A DNA stretch of 64,000 bases from the NCBI GenBank assembly GCA_040904565.1, contig JBBDTI010000013.1, positions 1-64,000 on the forward strand. Direction: 5' to 3'. The notes below the pieces were generated by a model. It made no database searches and was not told the DNA's origin. It worked only from the letters and a program-made list of their open reading frames with translations. The stretch is from Rhodothermales bacterium. Its GTDB lineage: Bacteria > Bacteroidota > Rhodothermia > Rhodothermales > VXPQ01. This document shows, piece by piece, positions 42,570 to 51,582 of this stretch (positions within the stretch are counted from its first letter, which is position 1; the number at the start of each line of letters is the position of its first letter). The position numbers and the translations under genes are program-made.

Positions 42570-44468
42570 CTACTGCTGATCGGTCAGGGAAGAAGAAGGA
42601 AGTCTTTCCGGAGGGCGCGGTTCGAACCGCATGCTACCGCGGGCGGCTGCCGTTACGTCTACGAGCTTGTTGAAAACGTCCGCCCCCCAGATCCGTTCGT
42701 GTGTTCTGATGATATCGAGCTGCGTTCTCCGGTAGTGGGTCGGATTAGACCGGGCGAGCTCTTCGAAGCGCTCGACGATGACCCCGAGCTGCCGCCGGTT
42801 CTCGTATGTAAAGCCGAAACGAGCCGTTTCCTTTACGAGCTCCGCATAGCGGCGGTCCCATTCGGTGATCTCGCTGGGATGCGGGGGACGGTACGTATCG
42901 TCCGAAAACCGGAAAGTCTTCTCCGGGTCGATCACGTGTAATCCGGCCGTCTCCAGAATCCGTGAAGCGCCAGGTGGGAGGAAGAAGCGCACCGGGTGTC
43001 CCTGCGCTCGTGCAACCAGTTCGATGTCGTTGGCGGGCGTAAGTCCGGGTCCCGTCTCGGGTGCATCCGGGAGATCGAAGTGTCCGTTCAGGCTCCTGAA
43101 GCGATCGTACGGCGCCAGGTTTTCCGTTCCGGGGCCCCAGTCGAGCTCGACCTCGGACTGACGCAGGGCTCGCAGGAGCTCGCTCAGGTAAAGGCTGGCT
43201 CCTTCATGGAGCTGCACGCGATCGGCTCGAAGTGTACGTGTCGTATCGATCGGCTGAGATTGCACGGCCCGGAGCGCCCCATAGGCAGAGGCAACGTAGC
43301 CGCGAGAGTAGCTTTGGAAGCTGGAGCGTCTCGAGACGGTGTCGTATCCGGTCGTGACGGCCCACATATAGGCGTCCATCACGGTTGATTCCTGCGTGAT
43401 CAAATCGCTTCCCGCCGTCAGAAATTGGCGGTAGACCATGTAAATATTGCCGGGTCCGGTATGATATGCCGAGAGGCCGGGGATTTCGTGTCCGACCGCA
43501 TTGGTGTATCCGGCTGCGGTAAGGAATGCCGGTTCCATAGTAAGCAGTGGGTGCCATTCCTCGTACACGTCGATCGAGCGTCCACCGGCCGTCTCGACGC
43601 GGTAATGGTGGACGTCATTCTGCCGAAGAATGTAGGGCATCATCTGGTAGCGGCTGCGCGCTCCCACGGGTGACACGAGTCGGTCGTCGTTAAACGTCTC
43701 CACCGTACCGATTTCGGTCAGGAGGAGGCTCATCCCGAGATATCTCGCGAGCCGTACTTCGTATACAATGAGTCCGCGTTCACGCTCTCGTGCTTCGAGC
43801 ACCTGATTTCTGCGACCCCACCTGACGGTAACGGCATCGCGGGGCGTATTCCCCGCGGCGTGCTTGTCGACCAGACGGCGCGTCAGCTCTCGCCGCTGTC
43901 GATCGATGCGGTCCCAGTCCCAATCGGTCCCGGTCTGCCTCTCTTCGTAGGCGCGCCGTTCTTCCGTCAGCTCGTAGATTTCCAGGATCTCGTCGGTCCG
44001 GTTGTCGAAGACGCGTATCGTGAAGTTGTCGTCCACTCCCTGCCGCTGTTCGTAGAGGTCGAGCAGGCGGCGGAATTCACGGATCATGCGGCTCGTGGGT
44101 GTCGAAGCGCCCATTCCCAGGAGCTCGCCCGACGTATAGGGTTGGTGAACGACGTCCGGATGTATGTCCAGCTCCTGGAGGCTGAATACGCTTTCAGCGG
44201 CGGGGCCGGCATCGAGGCCGGGGCGTACGATAGGTTCGCCGAGAGGGCCGAGGTAGCTCATCATGCCGCGGGCGGTAGTACCGAGTCCACTCGAAAGCAT
44301 CAGCAGCATTACGATACCGAGCGCTCCGGCCATCGTGCCCCAGAAGATGTTGGCGGCACGTGTCGTATGAAGGTGCTCGTCGCCGGAGGGCGGGCGAGTC
44401 TCGGCAGAACGATCGTTCCCCGTGGGGTTTCGGTTATTCGGTGCGGGCAGTCTGCTGTTATCGGACAT
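42570..44468 (-). CDS. Membrane-anchored protein with a divergent SLT-type lytic transglycosylase domain
   Basis: One N-terminal TM helix. VETFN...SPVGARSRYQMMP and LSAYHTGPGN align with SLT motifs ES..., S..GA.GLMQ.MP and AAYNAG.G. Confidence 0.6.
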   Translation of the reverse strand: MSDNSRLPAPNNRNPTGNDRSAETRPPSGDEHLHTTRAANIFWGTMAGALGIVMLLMLSSGLGTTARGMMSYLGPLGEPIVRPGLDAGPAAESVFSLQELDIHPDVVHQPYTSGELLGMGASTPTSRMIREFRRLLDLYEQRQGVDDNFTIRVFDNRTDEILEIYELTEERRAYEERQTGTDWDWDRIDRQRRELTRRLVDKHAAGNTPRDAVTVRWGRRNQVLEARERERGLIVYEVRLARYLGMSLLLTEIGTVETFNDDRLVSPVGARSRYQMMPYILRQNDVHHYRVETAGGRSIDVYEEWHPLLTMEPAFLTAAGYTNAVGHEIPGLSAYHTGPGNIYMVYRQFLTAGSDLITQESTVMDAYMWAVTTGYDTVSRRSSFQSYSRGYVASAYGALRAVQSQPIDTTRTLRADRVQLHEGASLYLSELLRALRQSEVELDWGPGTENLAPYDRFRSLNGHFDLPDAPETGPGLTPANDIELVARAQGHPVRFFLPPGASRILETAGLHVIDPEKTFRFSDDTYRPPHPSEITEWDRRYAELVKETARFGFTYENRRQLGVIVERFEELARSNPTHYRRTQLDIIRTHERIWGADVFNKLVDVTAAARGSMRFEPRPPERLPSSSLTDQQ

Positions 44469-44652
44469 GTACGGGTGCGCAATCAATAGGTCTTTGCGGC
44501 ACGTGAGTATCTTGGTGAAGATCGATCATAACCAATAGATTTCAGTCCGGATCCAACGTGAGAAGGATTCCTACATCTCGTTGGAAGTCATCTCTCCCGT
44601 GGCCGGGCTCCATGTTGCCTGCTTACAGGCGTCCACATGGTATTAGAGCAAC

Positions 44653-45357
44653 TCACGTGCCGAGATTGTCTGCACAGGCCAGGCGCCGGGCATGCTGCAC
44701 GAGGTTCTGGAAGAGAGGCGCCATGTCGCTTCCCATTCGTTCCGGATGGAACTGTACGCCGAGGACCGTACCGTCGTCGTTTTCGATCGCTTCTACGACG
44801 CCGTCCGGCGCGCGCGCGGCTATGCGAAACGGTTCGGCGACGCGCGAGACGGCCTGGATGTGCCGCGTGTTCACGAGCAGGGAACGACGCTTCAGCACCG
44901 CATGCAGCGCGGACGACGCGTCGATCTCGATCGGATGCCAGGTGCCTCCTCGTTGTTCGCTGTGTGTGAGGCTGCCGTCGACATTCGCCTCGACATCGGC
45001 GTAGATCGTCCCGCCGTGCACTGCATTCAACATCTGCATGCCATAGCAGATCCCGAGTACGGGGCGCCGCGTTTTCAGAAAAGCCCGGAGCACGGCGGCG
45101 TCCGATCGAGCGCGAATCGGATCGGCCTGATCGATGTCGTCCGGCAGGTCTCCGATGAGTCCCTCCGTAACGGCCGGTCCACCCGTGATGACGAGCCCGT
45201 GGAGGAGACGTACGCACGCGTCGAGCGTATCGGCCGTCTCGACCATCGGAACGATAACGGGGATACCGCCGGCCCGGTCTACGGCGTGAACGTAGTCGAC
45301 GTCGAGGCGCTGCTCGCCGTCATGAAGCGACGTGGTAATTCCAATTCGAACGTCCAT
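44653..45357 (-). CDS. Peptidase C26 / gamma-glutamyl-gamma-aminobutyrate hydrolase family (class I glutamine amidotransferase-like)
   Basis: AGGIPVIVP, TGG, PVLGICYGMQ, HGGT, DGVVEAIE, GVQFHPE. Confidence 0.88.
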   Translation of the reverse strand: MDVRIGITTSLHDGEQRLDVDYVHAVDRAGGIPVIVPMVETADTLDACVRLLHGLVITGGPAVTEGLIGDLPDDIDQADPIRARSDAAVLRAFLKTRRPVLGICYGMQMLNAVHGGTIYADVEANVDGSLTHSEQRGGTWHPIEIDASSALHAVLKRRSLLVNTRHIQAVSRVAEPFRIAARAPDGVVEAIENDDGTVLGVQFHPERMGSDMAPLFQNLVQHARRLACADNLGT

Positions 45358-45419
45358 AGGGCGGTGCGAGATGGCCGCGAGATGCTCCGGGAGATGGTTT
45401 TCGTTTCGGTGAGCGGCCG

Positions 45420-48400
45420 TTACTCACCCTCCAGGGCTACATTGGTTCGTCCAAGCAGTCGAGCCATCCCGTTCATCAGCTCAGGTGTCGGATCGACGAC
45501 GTACGAACGGCTGCGGACGCGCTGCGGGCCGCCTTGGGGAAGGTCGTGAGCGCGAATGTCGAAATATAGCTTGCACTGTCCACGATTGTTCTCGCAGAGC
45601 ACGCGCAGCTTATCGATCGTGTCGGCGTCGACGTGGTCGCTATCGACGTTCAGGACGATGGCCTTAACCATCTGCTCGCGGACCTTCCACATGGGAACGA
45701 TGTCACGGCCGATGATCTTGACGTTACCCCCTCGCAGTTCTACCTCCCCGGTGGCCATCACGACCTCGTCGACCTTTAGATAATTCTGGACGCGGTCGAA
45801 TACGTTGGAGAAACAGACAATTTCTCCCTGGCCGGTAAAATCTTCGATCGTGACGAAGGCGATCGGTTTTCCCGTCTTCGTGGTGCGCCGCTGCACCTCG
45901 GTAATGATGCCGAAAAAGGTGTGCTTCGGTCCACGACCGTTCTGACGGCTCTCGCCGTCCGCTTCAGCGCGTTCGAGGTCTTCTTCCGTAACGTTGCCCA
46001 GCCCGGCCGTAGCGAACGCACGCGTTTCTGCCGAATAGGCTTCGAGGGGATGCCCGGATATGTAGAAGCCCATCAGGTCACGCTCTTCCTTCAGGATTCT
46101 GGATCGCGGCCAGGACTCGGCGCTCGGTAGCGAGGGCGTCATGATGGCCCCACCCGTTTCCGCACCGAACAAGGAGTTCTGTCCGGCCGCGCGATCGGCC
46201 TGGACTTTCTGGGCGTACTGCACGGCTAGGTCTACTGATTCGACGTGCTGGGCGCGGTGACCTTCGAGGTCTTCAAGGGCCCCCGCTCTCGCCAGGCTCT
46301 CGAGGGCTTTCTTATTCACGGCCCGAAGATCGAGTTCTCGCGTCATATCGAAGATCGTCTCGAACGTGCCATGTTCATCCCGTGCATGGACGATGGCTTC
46401 GATGGCGGCCGATCCCACGCCCTTCACGGCGCCGAGGCCGAACCGGATGCGTCCGTCGTCCACGGTAAACTGATTGTTGCTACCATTGATGGAGGGCGGC
46501 AGCACGTCGATGCCCATCTGACGCGCTTCCTCCAGTACGATGGACAGCTTCTTCGTGTCTCCCATCTCATTCGTCATGGCCGCGGCCATGAACGCGGCAG
46601 GGTAGTGGGCCTTCAGATAGGCCGTCTGGTATGCGACGACCGAGTATGCCGCGCTGTGACTCTTGTTGAAGCCGTACCCGGCAAACTTGGCCATCATGTC
46701 GAAGACCTCGTTGGCCGTCGCTTCGGATACGCCCCGCTCTACGGCACCCTCGACGAAGATGGTACGGTGCTTATCCATCTCCTTCTGCTTCTTCTTGCCC
46801 ATGGCCCGGCGAAGGAGGTCGGCACCACCGAGCGAGTAGCCGCCCATGACCTGCGCCATTTGCATGACCTGTTCCTGATAGACCGGGATGCCGTAGGTCG
46901 GCTTCAGGACCGGCTCGAGCATCGGATGGGGATATTCGACGGCCTCGCGACCGTGCTTCCGATTGATGTAGTTGGGGATCAGGTCCATCGGGCCGGGGCG
47001 ATACAGGGCGTTCATCGCGATGAGATCGTCCAGGCTCGTCGGCTTGAGCTTCCGGAGCCATTCTCTCATGCCGGTGGACTCGAACTGGAAGATGGCGACC
47101 GTGTCGCCGCGCTGGAAGAGCTCGAAGGTCTTCTCGTCGTCCAGCGGAATGTCGTCCAGGTCGATTGTTCTATCGTGTTCCTCCTGGATGAGCCGCAGTG
47201 CGTCATTGAGCACGGTCAGCGTCTTAAGCCCGAGGAAATCCATCTTCAGCAGACCGAACTCCTCCACCCAGCTGCCGTCGTACTGTGTGGTAATGACTTC
47301 GTCGCCCTTGCTGCGGGCTACGGCGACGGGAACGTAGTCGCTCACATCGCCGGGTGCGATGATGACGCCGGCGGCGTGGACGCCCGTGTGCCTCGCTGAA
47401 CCCTCGAGCACCTGAGCGTAGTGCATCAATTTCCGAATATCCGGATCCTGGTGATTCTCGAGCTCCCTGAATTCTCGAACCTCTTTCTTGGCGGCATCGA
47501 GGTCCACCTTGACGCCGTCCGGGATCATCTTGGCAATGCGGTCGGCTTCGTTGAGTGGAATGCCCAGCACGCGAGACACGTCACGGATGACCGAACGAGC
47601 ACCCATCGTGCCAAAGGTCACGATCTGGCAGACGTTCTTTCTGCCGTATTTGTCGACGACATAATCGATGACTTTCGAGCGACCGCGATCGTCGAAATCG
47701 ATGTCGATATCCGGCATGGACACGCGTTCCGGATTCAAAAACCGCTCGAATAGCAGATCGTACTTGAGTGGATCGATGTTGGTGATCCCGAGGCAGTACG
47801 CGACGGCGCTGCCGGCGGCCGATCCCCGACCGGGACCCACCCGCACGTCGAGCTCACGCGCCGCCGTAGTAAAATCCTGCACGATAAGGAAATAGCCTGC
47901 GTACCCCATCTCTTTGATGATGCGCAGCTCCGACTCGAGTCGCTCGACGACCTCGGCACGCATCTCGGGATATCGGGAGCGGGCGCGTTGAAAGACGAGG
48001 TGACGCAGATAGGCGTCCATGTCTTCATCGAACTCGTCCGGAATGGGGTAGTGCGGCATCAGCAGCTCCCCCAGGGAAATTTCCAGGTCGCATTTGTCCA
48101 CGATCTCGCGGGTGCGATCCAGCGCGGCGTCCCGCATCACGGCCTCGAGATCGGTCAGCGACGACCGCATCTCGTCGGTGGACTTGAAGAAGAACTGATC
48201 GTTCTCGAAGCGCATGCGGTTGGGATCGTAGAGATCCTTTCCCGTCTGCAGGCAGAGGAGTACGTCCTGCGCTGCCGCGTCCTGCTGCTCGATGTAGTGT
48301 ACGTCGTTCGTCGCGATGACGGACACGCCGTACTCTTTGGCCCACCGAAGGAGCACGGCGTTGCATCGCTTCTGATCCTCTATGCCGTGATCCTGAATCT

Positions 48401-48908
48401 CGACGTAGTAGTCGTCGCCGAAGATATCGAGGTACGTCTCAAAGATCCGGCGTGCCTTCGCCTCCCCTTCGTTCAGGATGATTTGGAGGACCTCTCCCTG
48501 CAGGCAGCACGTGGTCGCGATGAGTCCCTCACTATACGCTCGCAGCGTTTCCTTGTCGATCCGCGGCTTGTAGTAATAGCCGTCCGTGTACGAAAGAGAG
48601 GATAGCTTGATGAGATTCTGATATCCTCGCTCATCTTTGGCCAGCAGCACCTGGTGATAGCGGGTCCGGTCGGACCGGTCCTGCATACCCGACGGCGTTA
48701 CGTAGAATTCGCAGCCGATGATCGGTTTGATGCCGGCCTTCCTCGCCGACGTGTAGAATTTCGGGACGCCGTACAGGTTGCCGTGGTCGGTGATCGCCAG
48801 TCCCGACATGCCTGAATGGGCGGCTCTGTCGACGAGTGCTTGAATGCCGGCCGCGCCGTCCAACAACGAAAACTGCGTGTGACAGTGTAGATGGTTAAAG
48901 TCGCACAT
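45420..48908 (-). CDS. dnaE: DNA polymerase III subunit alpha
   Basis: HLHCHTQFSLLDG PHP domain, GRGSAAGS, MPDIDIDF, HAAGV, KMDFLGL, YGFNKSH and an OB fold. Confidence 0.98.
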   Translation of the reverse strand: MCDFNHLHCHTQFSLLDGAAGIQALVDRAAHSGMSGLAITDHGNLYGVPKFYTSARKAGIKPIIGCEFYVTPSGMQDRSDRTRYHQVLLAKDERGYQNLIKLSSLSYTDGYYYKPRIDKETLRAYSEGLIATTCCLQGEVLQIILNEGEAKARRIFETYLDIFGDDYYVEIQDHGIEDQKRCNAVLLRWAKEYGVSVIATNDVHYIEQQDAAAQDVLLCLQTGKDLYDPNRMRFENDQFFFKSTDEMRSSLTDLEAVMRDAALDRTREIVDKCDLEISLGELLMPHYPIPDEFDEDMDAYLRHLVFQRARSRYPEMRAEVVERLESELRIIKEMGYAGYFLIVQDFTTAARELDVRVGPGRGSAAGSAVAYCLGITNIDPLKYDLLFERFLNPERVSMPDIDIDFDDRGRSKVIDYVVDKYGRKNVCQIVTFGTMGARSVIRDVSRVLGIPLNEADRIAKMIPDGVKVDLDAAKKEVREFRELENHQDPDIRKLMHYAQVLEGSARHTGVHAAGVIIAPGDVSDYVPVAVARSKGDEVITTQYDGSWVEEFGLLKMDFLGLKTLTVLNDALRLIQEEHDRTIDLDDIPLDDEKTFELFQRGDTVAIFQFESTGMREWLRKLKPTSLDDLIAMNALYRPGPMDLIPNYINRKHGREAVEYPHPMLEPVLKPTYGIPVYQEQVMQMAQVMGGYSLGGADLLRRAMGKKKQKEMDKHRTIFVEGAVERGVSEATANEVFDMMAKFAGYGFNKSHSAAYSVVAYQTAYLKAHYPAAFMAAAMTNEMGDTKKLSIVLEEARQMGIDVLPPSINGSNNQFTVDDGRIRFGLGAVKGVGSAAIEAIVHARDEHGTFETIFDMTRELDLRAVNKKALESLARAGALEDLEGHRAQHVESVDLAVQYAQKVQADRAAGQNSLFGAETGGAIMTPSLPSAESWPRSRILKEERDLMGFYISGHPLEAYSAETRAFATAGLGNVTEEDLERAEADGESRQNGRGPKHTFFGIITEVQRRTTKTGKPIAFVTIEDFTGQGEIVCFSNVFDRVQNYLKVDEVVMATGEVELRGGNVKIIGRDIVPMWKVREQMVKAIVLNVDSDHVDADTIDKLRVLCENNRGQCKLYFDIRAHDLPQGGPQRVRSRSYVVDPTPELMNGMARLLGRTNVALEGE

Positions 48909-49277
48909 GCGCACAATTTCTATTACGTAATGCCGACCCGAAAGATAGAATCTCGCGGGTCGCGTTCAATACCTGTGGAAATCTTGTCGGAAATTGTTGA
49001 AAATCCGCATCTTATCTACTCGAATGAATCGGATTGAAACGTAGCGACGGCAGGTCGACGCCGGCCCGACCGCCCGCAACATGAATATCGGCCGCGCGAC
49101 TGACACCCTCCTGTCGCACCCTTCGATGCGAGGCGGCCGATTTGCCGTTTGTCCTTTACAAAGTGTCTGCCGGATGTCTATGCGGATGGGATCATGTCGG
49201 CCTTCGGTCTTCGTACAAGCAGGCGGCGTGACGGACTGCCGCCTCTGAAGTCGATGAACTGGAAAGTCGATCAACGT

Positions 49278-50045
49278 ATGAACGGCATGGCGACAAGAAC
49301 CCTGCATCTCATCTTCCTGGACGACGTTCATGCTGCGGACGTATTGTTTATGCAGAACCTCTCCAGGTCTATGGGGAGGAGGTCGTGGAGACCCGCGCCG
49401 GTCCTCGTGCATGGCAGCGGGGAGCATGCGGAGCAGCTCTTGGAGTCCCATGGCATCTTTCGATCTCGGTCCGACGGCGTCCTGGCCATCGAGTCCAGCC
49501 GCGAGCACGCTCTCGTACAGCAGGCGCTGCGCGGACTGAACCAGAAGGTGGTTGCTCTCCTGACGGATGCGGTCGTTTCGTCCGTCGGCGTGATGGGATC
49601 CCAACGGAGCGTCTTTGCCGCGCGTAATGGGGGACTCTTCGTACAGGAGATCTCATGGCTGAAGGATCTGTGTGAGCAGGGCGTGGTTCCCGTCGTCGCG
49701 GCCAGTGGGCGCGACGTGGCCTCGGGGTCGACGGGGGAGATTCCGGCCGTGCACGCGGCGATCGTCCTCGCGCGGGCACTTCGAACGTGGTACGAGCGCG
49801 TAGAGGTTGTGTTTTTCACCACGACGAATCTGCCAGGCATCATGCACGCAGGAAAGCCGCGTGAGCAGGTCTCCGTAGGGGATGAGGTGCTGCGCGACAA
49901 GGTGCCCGACATGGATGCGCTCCTTGAGGTGGTGTCCGCGGGTCTACCGGTAGTGCTCACAAATTCGAATCGCCTGTCCGACGAAGCAGGTCCGTCAGGG
50001 ACGATGATCACAGCGCCCGAAGCAGCGTCCGGGATGGATGCGTGA
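49278..50045 (+). CDS. Amino-acid-kinase (ArgB/LysZ-like) fold protein, degenerate
   Basis: VLVHGSG, GVVPVV, VVFFTTTNLPGI and C-terminal GTMI. The N-terminal KxGG is missing. Start may be 49287. Confidence 0.55.
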   Translation: MNGMATRTLHLIFLDDVHAADVLFMQNLSRSMGRRSWRPAPVLVHGSGEHAEQLLESHGIFRSRSDGVLAIESSREHALVQQALRGLNQKVVALLTDAVVSSVGVMGSQRSVFAARNGGLFVQEISWLKDLCEQGVVPVVAASGRDVASGSTGEIPAVHAAIVLARALRTWYERVEVVFFTTTNLPGIMHAGKPREQVSVGDEVLRDKVPDMDALLEVVSAGLPVVLTNSNRLSDEAGPSGTMITAPEAASGMDA

Positions 50046-50083
50046 CGTTCACGTTCAGCCCGGACACCCCGCGGAGCGTTTTC

Positions 50084-50112
50084 TTGACACGCCAGAGGGA
50101 TTGCGTTAAGTT
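50084..50112 (+). promoter_or_regulatory. Sigma-70-type promoter upstream of the Hc1-like gene
   Basis: TTGACA (50084-50089), 17-nt spacer, TAAGTT (50107-50112). Confidence 0.65.
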
Positions 50113-50305
50113 CTTTCGGCTGCGCGATGCCCCGTTGGATCGTCGGCTCATCGCGTGTCGGTATACCTGATCAGTTGTAATCGGATCGCACGGTTTCTGG
50201 AATGAGCGCCGCCCTGGGTACCGCCCGTCGATGCGTGACGGCGATTCGTTTTCGCGGATAGAATACGCTTCCGGCATCATCTCATCACGAAAAGGAGGTA
50301 GATCA

Positions 50306-50482
50306 ATGAGTCGATTCGACGACCTGAAATCGTTTGTAGAAAGTCTCGAAGAGGATTTCACAAAGTTCTACAAGAAAGGTAACAAGGCCGCCGGAACGCG
50401 CGTTCGGAAAGGCATGCAGGAGTTGAAGCGGAAAGCCCAGGACATCCGAGTCGACATACAGGATAAAAAGAACGCCATGTAG
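50306..50482 (+). CDS. Histone H1-like (Hc1 family) small basic protein
   Basis: DFTKFYKKGNKAAGTRVRKGMQELK..AQDIR; strong AAAGGAGG RBS. Confidence 0.85.
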   Translation: MSRFDDLKSFVESLEEDFTKFYKKGNKAAGTRVRKGMQELKRKAQDIRVDIQDKKNAM

Positions 50483-50493
50483 ATGGCTCGAAG

Positions 50494-50523
50494 AGCTCCG
50501 ATGCCGGAACGCATCGGCGCTTT
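50494..50523 (+). terminator. Terminator-like hairpin after the Hc1-like gene
   Basis: CCGATGC-CGGAAC-GCATCGG stem-loop followed by only a short T tract. Confidence 0.45.
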
Positions 50524-50632
50524 CCACGTGCATGATAGGTCACACCGGGTTATGAGGGGCTATGCTGTTTGCAGCGTAGCCTTTCGTTTGTACGTCGAAC
50601 ACGGCATCGAGGCGGTTTTGGGGAAGATGCGG

Positions 50633-51532
50633 ATGAATCGCGAGAGCGGGCGGTTAACAGGTTGTCGGCGACTTGTTCTTATTGCCAGCCTGGCCGTCGC
50701 GACGTCGGTGGCAGCACAGGATGCCGATACGACGACCTACCCGCTGTGGGACATCGATCTTACGTCGCAATTGCGCGGATCTCAGGCCGGGTATCAGAAC
50801 TGGACGGAGGGAGGCATCAATTCGCTCGCGGCGGCTACGCAGCTGAATAGTGCGTTCAAGCGAACGTCTGCGAACTGGCTGCAGAATTACGAGACTCGGT
50901 TTGCCATCGGCATCGTAAAGCAGGATACCCTGTCCGTTCGTAAGGCCGAGGATATCATTCGGCTGAAAGGCCAGATTAGCTATTCGGGGGAAAACGGGTT
51001 TCAGGTGTTGAGTCCGACCGTAGCCATCGGCATACGAACCCAGTTCGCACCGGGCTTCAGCTACGACAAGAATCCGTTCGGAGACGATCGTCCACCGCCG
51101 GTCAAGGTTTCGGACTTTTTCTCGCCCGCAACATTTACCCAATCGCTCGGTCTGGGATACAACACGGATGTGGGCTTCACTCAGCGCGTCGGCGTGGCCG
51201 CGAAGGAGACCGTCGTGCTCATAGAGCGGCTCCGGACGCTGTACGGACACGACGCGTCCCAGGCCGTTCGATTCCAGCTTGGGCTGGAATCACAGACGGA
51301 AGTCGACCGGGAAGTCTTTAAAAATGTCCGCGTGAAATCCTCTCTCGGTTTGTTTGCCGCGTTCAATCAGGAGGAGCTACCGGACCTCCTCTGGGAGAAT
51401 CAGGTCATCATGCAGGTAAACAGCTGGTTGAGTGCCAACCTCGAGGTGGTGACCCTCTATGACAGGGACATCAGCGACGCCGTCCAGATCAAGGAAATGT
51501 TCTCGCTGGGTATATCGATCGACTTCATCTGA
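50633..51532 (+). CDS. DUF3078-family outer-membrane beta-barrel protein
   Basis: Signal peptide ending SVAAQ; Q...NW..GG, RK..D, RTQFAPGF, FFSPA, WEN...MQVN.WL; amphipathic beta-strand C-terminus. Confidence 0.78.
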   Translation: MNRESGRLTGCRRLVLIASLAVATSVAAQDADTTTYPLWDIDLTSQLRGSQAGYQNWTEGGINSLAAATQLNSAFKRTSANWLQNYETRFAIGIVKQDTLSVRKAEDIIRLKGQISYSGENGFQVLSPTVAIGIRTQFAPGFSYDKNPFGDDRPPPVKVSDFFSPATFTQSLGLGYNTDVGFTQRVGVAAKETVVLIERLRTLYGHDASQAVRFQLGLESQTEVDREVFKNVRVKSSLGLFAAFNQEELPDLLWENQVIMQVNSWLSANLEVVTLYDRDISDAVQIKEMFSLGISIDFI

Positions 51533-51582
51533 TATCACGTGGTGCGGCGGCCGTCCCGCGTGCGTTCCGACGCGTCCTGGCT

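Noticed and set aside
45420-48908. Intein or split in dnaE
   Set aside because: Normal length (about 1160 aa), contiguous motifs and no splicing signatures.
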